A DNA stretch of 50,741 nt. It comes from an uncultured Clostridia bacterium. Its GTDB lineage: Bacteria; Bacillota; Clostridia; TANB77; CAG-508. Below, piece after piece: positions 1 through 9,010 of this stretch. Every line of letters starts with the position of its first letter. Positions within the stretch are counted from its first letter, which is position 1. The notes under the pieces are model-generated. The model was not told the origin of the DNA, made no database searches, and saw nothing but the letters and a program-made list of their open reading frames with translations. Position numbers and translations under genes: made by a program. The stretch lies in the NCBI GenBank assembly GCA_948585895.1, contig CAPBNZ010000002.1, positions 6,857-57,597 on the forward strand. The letters run 5' to 3'.

Positions 1-28
1 GTTGCCAAAAAGGAGGTAATCAATTTAT

Positions 29-1033
29 ATGAAAAAAGAAGAAAGAGCTTCTATTTCTATTATGAAAATTATATGCATTAGCATCATTCTAATATTAATA
101 TCAGGAATTGGTGTTATGGCAGTAAACACAAAATTAAATGATGTCAAAATTATCCTACAAAATGGGTATGAAATGACAGCCTTAACATCAAAAACAAAAG
201 TATCTGAAATCTTAGAGGAAAACAATATTCTATTAGAAGAAAATCAAAAAACAATACCAGACTTAGAAAGTGAAATAACAGCAGGAGGAAGTATTAAAAT
301 TACAGATAAATCGTATCAAGAAGTACAAATTGCTAAAATATCAGAAGAAGGTGTAGAAACATCACTAAACCAATTGTTAGAGAACTATGCACCAATCACT
401 GAAAAGATAGTAGTAGAACAAGTAGTAATACCTTATGAAACGATAACAAAAAAAGCAACAGAAGCTTCAGGTGATACTACAAACAAAGTATTACAACAAG
501 GTAAGGATGGCTTAAAAGAAGTAACTTACAAAATAAAATACCAAAAAGAAGTAGAAATTGAAAAAAACTTGTTATCAGAAGTTGTAATACAAGAACCAGT
601 AAACAAGATTGTGCAAGTTCAGAAAAAAGAAACAGCAAAAGAAACATCAAGAGCAGGAACACCAAGAACAACAACTACAACATCTTATTCAGGAGGAAAA
701 TGGAGTTATTCTGCCAGTGAATTTGATTTATTATGTGCTATTACTGCACAAGAATGTAGTTCAAGTTATGCTGGATCATTAGCTGTTATCACTACAGCAT
801 GTAACAGAGCACAAGCTAGAGGAACAGATCCACTAACAGAATATAAAAGAAAAGGTCAATTTTGTTATACAATTGACTCACACTGGAAAAAAAGATTAAA
901 TGGAAATTATGCAAGTAGTGTATCACAAGCGGTTACAGACGCACTAAATGGAGCTAGAAATCACAACTATCGTTCTTTTAGAGCAGGTGGTACACATGCA
1001 GGAGTCAATATTGGAGGCAATGTATATTTTTAA
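29..1033 (+). CDS. Membrane-anchored DUF348/G5-domain protein with C-terminal SleB-like cell-wall hydrolase domain
   Basis: 334-aa ORF preceded by AGGAGG. N-terminal TM helix. G5-like stretch TNKVLQQGKDGLKEVTYKIKYQ. C-terminal EFDLLCAITAQEC..AVITTACNR resembles SleB/Hydrolase_2 (by eye). Confidence 0.7.
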   Translation: MKKEERASISIMKIICISIILILISGIGVMAVNTKLNDVKIILQNGYEMTALTSKTKVSEILEENNILLEENQKTIPDLESEITAGGSIKITDKSYQEVQIAKISEEGVETSLNQLLENYAPITEKIVVEQVVIPYETITKKATEASGDTTNKVLQQGKDGLKEVTYKIKYQKEVEIEKNLLSEVVIQEPVNKIVQVQKKETAKETSRAGTPRTTTTTSYSGGKWSYSASEFDLLCAITAQECSSSYAGSLAVITTACNRAQARGTDPLTEYKRKGQFCYTIDSHWKKRLNGNYASSVSQAVTDALNGARNHNYRSFRAGGTHAGVNIGGNVYF

Positions 1034-1054
1034 AATATAAATACAAAAAATAAG

Positions 1055-1084
1055 AAGGGTTACTTTTTAAAGTACCCTTTTTTG
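1055..1084 (+). terminator. Rho-independent terminator after the G5-domain gene
   Basis: AAGGGTTACTT / AAGTACCCTT stem followed by a T-run, 20 nt after the stop codon. Confidence 0.6.
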
Positions 1085-1403
1085 TTCTTGTATAGAAAAG
1101 ACTTCATACAAAGTTACAATACAAAAAGGAAAATACAAAGCTATAAGCCTAAAACCTTGTAACAACCCATAAGTGTACCATTAGAGTAACTATCAAATGT
1201 TGTATTGAGAAGAATTAACATACAATGTGTTATCTAAATAACACATTAGACTTTAAGTCTACAATTTTTTAGAGAAATGGTGGAGATGGTATAAAAAACA
1301 AATGAAAAGTCAGGACTTTTTAATTATGTTATAGTTATTCTTGCTATTTTTTCTAAATTATAGTACAATCATACACAATAGTTAAAGGAAAGGAGACTAA
1401 GAA

Positions 1404-2156
1404 ATGAAATTAATTTCTTGGAATGTAAATGGAATACGAGCATGTGTCAGCAAAGGATTTGAGGAATTCTTTAACAAAAGCAATGCAGACATATTCTGTA
1501 TTCAAGAGACAAAATGTCATCCAGACCAAATTGACTTACAATTTAAAGGATATAAAAGCTATTGGAATAGTGCAGAAAAAAAAGGCTATTCAGGAACCGC
1601 AATATTTACAAAGAAAGAACCAATTTCAGTAACGTATGGGATAGGAAAGGAAGAACATGACAAAGAAGGAAGAATCATCACATTAGAATTTAAAGATTTT
1701 TACCTGGTAAACAACTATACACCTAACTCAAAAAGAGAACTAGAAAGATTAGAATACAGACAGATATGGGAAGATGAAATAAGAAAATATTTAGTAAGCC
1801 TGAATAAAACCAAGCCAGTCATTATGTGTGGAGACTTAAATGTAGCACATAAAGAAATTGACTTAAAAAATCCAAAAACAAACAAAAGAAATGCTGGATT
1901 TACAGATGAAGAGAGAGAAAAAATGACACAATTATTAGAAGCTGGATTTACAGATAGCTTTCGTTATTTATATCCAGACAAAGAAAATATGTATAGTTGG
2001 TGGTCTTATATGGGAAGAGCCAGAGAAAAAAATGTAGGATGGAGAATCGACTACTTTCTGGTATCAAATAACATGCAAGAAAAAATCAAACAAGCAACCA
2101 TTTATTCAGAAGTTATGGGAAGTGACCACTGCCCAGTAGGATTAACGTTAGTTTAG
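1404..2156 (+). CDS. xth: Exodeoxyribonuclease III (AP endonuclease)
   Basis: 250 aa. MKLISWNVNGIRA start, internal QETK, C-terminal GSDHCPV, all typical of the ExoIII/ExoA family. GGAAAGGAG RBS. Confidence 0.9.
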   Translation: MKLISWNVNGIRACVSKGFEEFFNKSNADIFCIQETKCHPDQIDLQFKGYKSYWNSAEKKGYSGTAIFTKKEPISVTYGIGKEEHDKEGRIITLEFKDFYLVNNYTPNSKRELERLEYRQIWEDEIRKYLVSLNKTKPVIMCGDLNVAHKEIDLKNPKTNKRNAGFTDEEREKMTQLLEAGFTDSFRYLYPDKENMYSWWSYMGRAREKNVGWRIDYFLVSNNMQEKIKQATIYSEVMGSDHCPVGLTLV

Positions 2157-2249
2157 GCAGTTTAGTCTATTCTGTAGTTTATATGGTAAGGTTATAATAT
2201 ATTTTTTTATTGTAACCAAATAAATGAATTTTTTTGAAAGAGGGATAAC

Positions 2250-3401
2250 ATGAATGAAATAAAAAACCATGCAAAGAAGTGGCTATATTGGTTCTTTTTA
2301 GGAGTAGCCATTATCGTAGTATATAAAGCACTTGACAATTTTTCAGATGTAATGGGAGTAGCTAAAACATTTTTGGATATTATAACACCATTTTTAGTAG
2401 GTATCTTTATTAGTTATTTGTTGTATATTCCATGTAAAAAGATTGAAGAGATGTATGCAAAATCAAAGCTAAAATTTTTAAGAAAAAAAGCTAAAACATT
2501 GGGAATTTTGACAGTATATCTAATTGTACTACTGTTATTAATAATATTAATAAATTTTATCTTACCAGTGATATTTGAGAGTGTAACTGATTTAATAAAT
2601 AATATACAAAATTACTATGAAATAGCCATTAACAATTATAATAGTTTACCAGATGATAATATTTTAAAAAGTGATGTGGTAAATGATACTATACAAAGTA
2701 TTCAAAATCTTGATATCAAGCAATACTTAAAATTAGACAAAATATTAGAATATGTGATTAGTGCAATTGATGCAGTAACAGGAATATTTGATGTATTTGT
2801 TGCGGTTATTGTATCTGTTTATATCTTAGCAGAAAGAACACAAATGATAGCTTTTCTTAAAAGGCTGGCAGAGGCGATGTTTAAAGAAAGAACTTATAAA
2901 AACCTGGATAAATATTTTAACAATTCAAATGAAATATTCTTTAAATTTATAGCTAGCCAATTTTTAGATGCTATTATTGTAGGAATTTTGGTCACAATCG
3001 CAATGAGCATTATGGGAATTAAATATGCACCATTATTAGGATTTCTGATTGGATTATTTAACATGATTCCATATATTGGAGCTATTATTGCAGTGGCAAT
3101 TGCAGCCATTATAACCCTAATAACAGGAGGCTTGTCACAAGCAATATGGATGTTAATTGTAGTTATTGTTTTACAACAAATAGATGCTAATATCATTAAC
3201 CCTAAAATTATAGGTCAATCTTTAAAAATAAGTCCATTATTGGTTATCTTTGCCATTACAGTGGGTGGAGCTTATTTTGGAATATTAGGTATGTTTTTAG
3301 CAGTGCCAGCTGTTGCTGTTATTCGAATCGTAATGGAAGACTATGTTGATTATAAACTAGCCATTAAAAATGTAACAAAAATTTCAGAAGAAAAAGAATA
3401 A
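2250..3401 (+). CDS. AI-2E family transporter (PerM/UPF0118-type membrane protein)
   Basis: 383 aa and multi-TM. The C-terminal region IINPKIIGQSLKISPLLVIFA..LGMFLAVP is typical of the family. Confidence 0.8.
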   Translation: MNEIKNHAKKWLYWFFLGVAIIVVYKALDNFSDVMGVAKTFLDIITPFLVGIFISYLLYIPCKKIEEMYAKSKLKFLRKKAKTLGILTVYLIVLLLLIILINFILPVIFESVTDLINNIQNYYEIAINNYNSLPDDNILKSDVVNDTIQSIQNLDIKQYLKLDKILEYVISAIDAVTGIFDVFVAVIVSVYILAERTQMIAFLKRLAEAMFKERTYKNLDKYFNNSNEIFFKFIASQFLDAIIVGILVTIAMSIMGIKYAPLLGFLIGLFNMIPYIGAIIAVAIAAIITLITGGLSQAIWMLIVVIVLQQIDANIINPKIIGQSLKISPLLVIFAITVGGAYFGILGMFLAVPAVAVIRIVMEDYVDYKLAIKNVTKISEEKE

Positions 3402-3423
3402 AAATTGATAAAAGGAGTTTATT

Positions 3424-3915
3424 ATGTTAAAAAAATATTTATTAGTGTTTTTTATATCCATGATACCACTTATAGAATTGAGAGGAGCTGTTCCAGTTGG
3501 ATTAAGCCAATTATGGGGAGAACCAATTTCAATCCTTCCATTATATATCATTTGTATTATAGCAAATATGTTACCAGTTCCCGTTATTTACTTTTTTGCC
3601 AGAAAAGTCTTAGAGTGGGGGGCAGATAAAAAGTTTATTGGGAAATTTTTTAAATTTTGCTTAGAAAAAGGAGAAAAAGGAGGAAAGAAGTTGCAAGAGA
3701 AAGCTGGACGTGGTTTGTATTGGGCATTATTTCTTTTTGTAGGAATACCACTTCCAGGTACAGGTGCATGGACAGGTACACTTGCAGCAAGCCTTTTAGA
3801 TATGGATTTTAAAAAAAGTATTATTGCTGTTATGGCTGGTGTAGTTTTAGCAGGTATCATAATGGGGCTAGCTTCTGCTGGAGTATTTGGAGCAATGGGT
3901 ACAATTTTTAATTAA
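3424..3915 (+). CDS. Small multidrug-export-like membrane protein (COG2426-type)
   Basis: 163 aa with 4 TM segments. N-terminal PLIELRGAVPVG motif. AAAGGAG RBS. Confidence 0.6.
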   Translation: MLKKYLLVFFISMIPLIELRGAVPVGLSQLWGEPISILPLYIICIIANMLPVPVIYFFARKVLEWGADKKFIGKFFKFCLEKGEKGGKKLQEKAGRGLYWALFLFVGIPLPGTGAWTGTLAASLLDMDFKKSIIAVMAGVVLAGIIMGLASAGVFGAMGTIFN

Positions 3916-4068
3916 ACAATAAAAGACTGCTATTGTACCAAAACCATATTAATATGGTCGATACCATGCAATGCTGTAGGACATAAAAGGGAAAAGAGAA
4001 GACGGTAAAAAAGGTAAGTTATTTTGTTTTCGAAGTTACTATTTTTCTATAAAAGATGCGTAAAACCC

Positions 4069-4098
4069 TTGACAACAGTAGGCAAAATATGGTATCCT
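4069..4098 (+). promoter_or_regulatory. Candidate sigma-A promoter of the rpoB leader
   Basis: TTGACA, 18-nt spacer, TATCCT preceded by TGG. The spacer is non-optimal. Confidence 0.35.
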
Positions 4099-4154
4099 AA
4101 TAAAGATGATTAGAAAAAGAATAAAATTTAAAAACATAAAAATGAGCAAAGCTT

Positions 4155-4197
4155 AGAGCCAGTTGAAAAACAAAGTTTTTCAACAGCTCTTTTATTG
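4155..4197 (+). terminator. Intrinsic terminator/attenuator hairpin inside the rpoB leader
   Basis: AGAGC-AGTTGAAAAAC / GTTTTTCAAC-GCTCT stem with a 3-nt loop, followed by TTTTATT. Lies about 200 nt upstream of the rpoB start. Confidence 0.55.
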
Positions 4198-4399
4198 CCG
4201 TTTTAGGTATCTATTATTTTTTTCTTATGCAAAACTTAAAAGAAGAGGAATTAAATGCAAGAAGCCCTAAGAATTTTTGGATTGTAAAAGCAGACAAAGC
4301 CAGAACCTTAGACAAGCACATTGCAATTTAAGAAGGACTTCTTTTAAAGAATTACCACAATGAATTCTGCTTAATATCATAATCTAAGGAGTGATTTTT

Positions 4400-7300
4400 T
4401 TGAAAATCAAAGAAGTAAATTATGAGAAAGCCTCTCGTAAAGATTTCGCAAAAGTTGGGGACTATATCGAAATGCCAAACCTAATCAAAGTACAAAAAGA
4501 TTCTTATGATTGGTTTGTAGAAGAAGGGTTAGGAGAAGTATTAAAAGATATATCACCAATTGAAGACTACTCAGGAAATTTAGTACTTGAATTTTTTGAT
4601 TACTATATGGAAGAAAAAACAAAATACAGTGTAGAAGAAGCAAAAGAAAGAGATGCAACCTATTCAACAAGATTGCATGTAAAAGTCAGATTAATCAATC
4701 GTGAAACAGGAGAAATCAAAGAGCAAGAAATTTACTTAGGAGATTTTCCATTAATGACAGATAGTGGAACTTTTGTCATCAATGGAGCAGAAAGAGTTGT
4801 TGTAAGCCAGTTAGTACGTTCACCAGGATGTTACTATGGAGAAGAATTTGATACAAAAACAGGAAAAAGAACATACAATTCTACTGTTATGCCACTTAGA
4901 GGAGCATGGCTTGAATACGAAACCGATGGAAACGACATTTTCTATGTACGTGTTGATAGAACCAGAAAAGTTCCTGTAACAACCTTATTACGAGCAATTG
5001 GTATTGTATCAGATGACCAAATGAGAGAATTATTTGGTGAAGAAGAAATGTTAACAGCAACCATTGCAAAAGATACAATCAAAGACCAAGACGAGGCATT
5101 AATAGAAATCTACAAAAAATTAAGACCAGGAGAATTACCAACAGTAGATGCTGCTAGAAATTTATTCAATGGACTATTTTATGACAATAAAAGATATGAC
5201 CTAGCAAAAGTAGGAAGATATAAATTTAACCAAAAATTAGGATTAGCAGGAAGAATTAAAGATAAAGTAGCAGCAAAAGACATTGTAGATAATGAAACAG
5301 GTGAAGTATTAGTACAAGCAGGAGAAATCATTACAGAAGAAGCAGCAGAAGAAATTCAAAATGCAGGAATCAACATAGTAGACATTTTAATGGGAGAAAG
5401 AAAAATAAGAATCATAGGAAATGCCATATGTAATATCCATAAAGTATTGCCAACAGTTGATTTAAGCAAATTACACTTCAAAGAATTTGTAAATTATAAT
5501 GTGTTAAAAAATATCATAGACAATACAACACCAGAAGATTTAGTAAAAGTAATTGAAGAAAGACAAGATGAATTAGTACCAAAAACAATTACAACAGAAG
5601 ACATGATTGCATCCATAAATTACTTACTAAACCTTTCACATGGACTAGGAAAACCAGACGACATTGACCACTTAGCAAACCGTAGAATTCGTCAAGTAGG
5701 GGAACTACTACAAAATCAATTTAGAATTGGATTAACAAGATTAGAAAGAGTGGTTCGTGAGAGAATGACCATTCAAGATTTAGATGTTGTAACACCACAA
5801 ACTTTAATCAATACAAAACCAATTACATCATCTATCCGTGAGTTCTTTGGAAGTTCACAATTATCACAATTCATGGATCAAACGAATCCACTATCAGAAT
5901 TAACCCATAAAAGAAGAATATCAGCCTTAGGACCTGGTGGATTAACAAGAGAAAGAGCTGGTTTCGAAGTACGTGACGTACACTATACACACTATGGTAG
6001 ACTATGTCCAATTGAATCACCAGAAGGACCAAATATTGGATTAATCTCAGCCCTTTCATCCTTTGCGAGTATCAATGAATATGGATTTATTGAAACACCA
6101 TATCGCAAAGTAGACCCAGAAACACATAAATTAACAGACATTGTAGAATATATGAGTGCAGAAGTAGAAGACAATTACATTATTGCACAAGCATCTGAGC
6201 CAGTAACAAAAGAAGGAGAATTTGTAAATCCAAGAATCAGAGTTAGATTCAAAAATGAAGTAATCGAAGTAGATAGAGAAAAAGTTCAATATGTTGATGT
6301 TTCACCAAAACAATTAGTTTCCATTGCAGCAGCTATGATACCATTCTTAGAGCATGATGATGCAAAAAGAGCATTAATGGGTGCAAACATGCAACGTCAA
6401 GCTGTTCCACTTATGATAACAGAAAGTCCAGTCATAGGAACAGGAATTGAATACAGAGCAGCAAAAGACTCAGGAATTTTAGTATTAGCACAAGAAGATG
6501 GAATTGTTGAAAAAGTAACAGGAGATAGTATAACTGTAAAATATAATACAGGAAAAACCCTTACTCACAAACTTCGTAAATTCAAAAGAACCAATGGTGG
6601 TACTTGTATCAATCAAAAGCCAATTGTAAAAGTGGGAGAAGAAGTAAAAAAAGGAGATGCCATAGCAGATGGACCATCTACTAGCAATGGAGAAATGGCA
6701 CTTGGTAAAAATGTATTAGTAGCATTCTCAACTTGGGAAGGATACAATTACGAAGATGCAATTTTAATTAATGAAAAATTAGTAAAAGAAGATGTCTTTA
6801 CTTCTATTCATATTGAGGAATATGACTGCGAATGCCGTGATACAAAATTGGGAGCAGAAGAAATCACACGTGATATACCAAACATTGGAGATGATTCTTT
6901 AAAAGACTTAGATGAAAATGGAATTATCCGAATTGGTGCAGAAGTAAGACCAGGAGATATTTTAGTAGGTAAAGTTACACCAAAAGGAGAAACCGAACTA
7001 ACAGCAGAAGAAAGACTACTAAGAGCTATTTTTGGTGAAAAAGCAAGAGAAGTAAGAGATACTTCTTTAAGAGTACCACATGGAGAAGCAGGAACCATTG
7101 TAGATGTTAAAATCTTTACAAGAGACAATTCTGATGAATTAGGACCTGGTGTCAACCAAATTATTAGATGTTACATAGCAACCAAAAGAAAGATTTCAGT
7201 TGGTGACAAAATGGCAGGACGTCATGGTAACAAAGGTGTTATTTCAAGAGTATTACCAGAAGAAGATATGCCATTTATGCCAGATGGTACACCAATTGAT

Positions 7301-8164
7301 ATTCTGTTAAACCCACTAGGAGTTCCTTCTCGTATGAACTTAGGTCAAGTTTTAGAAGTACACTTAGGTGGAGCAGCAAAAGCTTTGGGGTGGAAAATAG
7401 CAACACCTGTATTTGATGGAGCAACACAAGAAGACGTAGAAGAATTATTAGAAAAAGCAGGTATGAGTAAAGACGGAAAAACCGTTCTTTATGATGGTAG
7501 AACGGGAGACCCATTTGCTAGTCCAATTACAGTTGGTGTTATGTACATGTTAAAACTACATCACTTGGTAGATGATAAAATTCATGCTCGTTCAACAGGA
7601 CCATACTCATTAGTTACCCAACAGCCACTTGGAGGAAAGGCACAATTTGGTGGACAACGTTTTGGAGAGATGGAAGTTTGGGCATTAGAAGCATATGGAG
7701 CAGCCTATACTTTACAAGAAATGTTAACAGTTAAATCGGATGATATCGTAGGAAGAGTAAAAACTTATGAAGCTATTGTAAAAGGAGAAAATGTTCCAGA
7801 GCCAGGTGTTCCAGAAAGCTTTAAAGTTCTTGTAAAAGAATTACAATCATTAGGATTAGACGTTCGTTTATATTCAGAAGATAATCAAGAATTAGAGCTA
7901 AAAGAAAACATTGAAGAAGGAATCGAATATGACCCTGAAAAAGAAAAGAAATTATTAGCAGAGGAAGAAGTGCTTGCAGATGGAGATTTAGACGGTTATA
8001 GCGAAGAATTAGAAGATGATATGTTATTAGATGAGGAAACAAGTACCATAGAAGAAGAGAGTGATGAGCTTTTCCAAGGTTTAGACGATGAAGGTGATGA
8101 GCTTCTATTTGATAGTGATTTAGCCAATGATAACCTAGATGACGAAAATGATATCATTGAATAG
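4400..8164 (+). CDS. rpoB: DNA-directed RNA polymerase subunit beta
   Basis: Unmistakable RpoB sequence ([16 protein letters not shown] and others). The track ORF starts at GTG 4391, but AAGGAG at 4386-4391 favours TTG 4400 ([10 protein letters not shown]). Long acidic C-terminal tail. Confidence 0.97.
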   Translation: MKIKEVNYEKASRKDFAKVGDYIEMPNLIKVQKDSYDWFVEEGLGEVLKDISPIEDYSGNLVLEFFDYYMEEKTKYSVEEAKERDATYSTRLHVKVRLINRETGEIKEQEIYLGDFPLMTDSGTFVINGAERVVVSQLVRSPGCYYGEEFDTKTGKRTYNSTVMPLRGAWLEYETDGNDIFYVRVDRTRKVPVTTLLRAIGIVSDDQMRELFGEEEMLTATIAKDTIKDQDEALIEIYKKLRPGELPTVDAARNLFNGLFYDNKRYDLAKVGRYKFNQKLGLAGRIKDKVAAKDIVDNETGEVLVQAGEIITEEAAEEIQNAGINIVDILMGERKIRIIGNAICNIHKVLPTVDLSKLHFKEFVNYNVLKNIIDNTTPEDLVKVIEERQDELVPKTITTEDMIASINYLLNLSHGLGKPDDIDHLANRRIRQVGELLQNQFRIGLTRLERVVRERMTIQDLDVVTPQTLINTKPITSSIREFFGSSQLSQFMDQTNPLSELTHKRRISALGPGGLTRERAGFEVRDVHYTHYGRLCPIESPEGPNIGLISALSSFASINEYGFIETPYRKVDPETHKLTDIVEYMSAEVEDNYIIAQASEPVTKEGEFVNPRIRVRFKNEVIEVDREKVQYVDVSPKQLVSIAAAMIPFLEHDDAKRALMGANMQRQAVPLMITESPVIGTGIEYRAAKDSGILVLAQEDGIVEKVTGDSITVKYNTGKTLTHKLRKFKRTNGGTCINQKPIVKVGEEVKKGDAIADGPSTSNGEMALGKNVLVAFSTWEGYNYEDAILINEKLVKEDVFTSIHIEEYDCECRDTKLGAEEITRDIPNIGDDSLKDLDENGIIRIGAEVRPGDILVGKVTPKGETELTAEERLLRAIFGEKAREVRDTSLRVPHGEAGTIVDVKIFTRDNSDELGPGVNQIIRCYIATKRKISVGDKMAGRHGNKGVISRVLPEEDMPFMPDGTPIDILLNPLGVPSRMNLGQVLEVHLGGAAKALGWKIATPVFDGATQEDVEELLEKAGMSKDGKTVLYDGRTGDPFASPITVGVMYMLKLHHLVDDKIHARSTGPYSLVTQQPLGGKAQFGGQRFGEMEVWALEAYGAAYTLQEMLTVKSDDIVGRVKTYEAIVKGENVPEPGVPESFKVLVKELQSLGLDVRLYSEDNQELELKENIEEGIEYDPEKEKKLLAEEEVLADGDLDGYSEELEDDMLLDEETSTIEEESDELFQGLDDEGDELLFDSDLANDNLDDENDIIE

Positions 8165-8188
8165 AGTAGAAATAGGAGGGATGTAGAA

Positions 8189-8761
8189 ATGAGAGATAGA
8201 AAATTAGACTTAGAATATAAGGAAATAGATGAGCAAAATGCAATAAAATTATGTGTGAAGAATTATTTTATGAATCGAATTAAAAAATTGGAAGATGGTC
8301 AGACGATTCAACCAGAAGAGTTAATGAAAGATGTAATCCGAGCAATACCAGAAATAGAAGGAAAGCTTGGTATACAAAAGCAAGCATTAGAAGAGGCTAT
8401 AAAAATGTTACAATCACAAAAAATAATAGAAATTGACCCAAGTGGAGCTTTTAGAAAAGATGAAAAAGGAAACATAACTGAAAGAGAAAAAGCATTAGCA
8501 ATCAGAGAAGAGGCATTTAAGCTAGTAACGGAAGTAATTCAAAAAACAGGAGCAACTAAAAAAACACAAATATTTGACTACTTAAAAGAAAACGACTTAA
8601 GAAGTTATGAAAAATATAAAACCTCCATATCTCTTCTATGTTCTATGGGAGCAATTCCAGGATTAGAAAATGATAAACAAGAAATCGAAAGAAAAAAGTT
8701 TTTTAACAAAAGAGATTCTACTAGCATAGTAAGGTATGATGAAGAGGAAGAGATTCGATAA
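8189..8761 (+). CDS. Hypothetical 190-aa protein encoded between rpoB and rpoC
   Basis: Clean ORF with a GGAGGG RBS 25 nt after the rpoB stop. Same strand and same AT-rich codon style. Lys/Glu-rich with a short acidic C-terminus (YDEEEEIR). No family recognised. Confidence 0.6.
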   Translation: MRDRKLDLEYKEIDEQNAIKLCVKNYFMNRIKKLEDGQTIQPEELMKDVIRAIPEIEGKLGIQKQALEEAIKMLQSQKIIEIDPSGAFRKDEKGNITEREKALAIREEAFKLVTEVIQKTGATKKTQIFDYLKENDLRSYEKYKTSISLLCSMGAIPGLENDKQEIERKKFFNKRDSTSIVRYDEEEEIR

Positions 8762-8864
8762 ATAGAATAATCATAATTAAATAAACTTCAAAAAGGAAAG
8801 AAGCGACTGGAAGGAATTGTTCGAGCGGTGGGGAGCCTTCTAAACCTATTTTGAGGTTCTACTA

Positions 8865-8903
8865 GATGTCAGGTGGGTATTAGCTTGATACCTATCTGAT
8901 ATC
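8865..8903 (+). promoter_or_regulatory. 16-bp RNA hairpin with three G-U pairs in the orf190-rpoC spacer
   Basis: GATGTCAGGTGGGTAT / ATACCTATCTGATATC with a 7-nt loop. The three non-Watson-Crick positions are G-U only on the + strand transcript. It sits in a locally GC-enriched 8800-8905 segment with two further small hairpins. Confidence 0.45.
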
Positions 8904-9010
8904 AGTTTCATAAATAGCAAATAAAAAAGAGTATTCACTGGAATGGAATGTTTCTTGTGGGCAGAAATGTTGTAAAAGAAACGTCCCTATCCGATAAGGG
9001 AGGAAAGTGT

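Noticed and set aside
6808-7155. Antisense ORFs inside rpoB, rpoC, ftsH, dnaB and others (for example 6808-7155, 9409-9852, 11113-11481, 11935-12432, 21922-22389, all minus strand)
   Set aside because: They lie entirely within strongly conserved + strand genes, lack RBS signals and have low-complexity compositions typical of shadow ORFs.
7860-8164. Long acidic C-terminal tail of RpoB as a novel fused domain
   Set aside because: Acidic C-terminal extensions of RpoB are common in low-GC Gram-positive bacteria. Nothing in the sequence shows a distinct domain, so I did not score it.
8948-9010. Upstream extensions of track ORFs (rpoC from 8948, rplI from 17166, ftsH from 21128, rpsU from 23787, rpsG from 38264, asd to 30654, CI to 45046)
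   Set aside because: The extensions have no RBS and encode non-conserved residues. Internal starts with good Shine-Dalgarno spacing reproduce the canonical N-termini.
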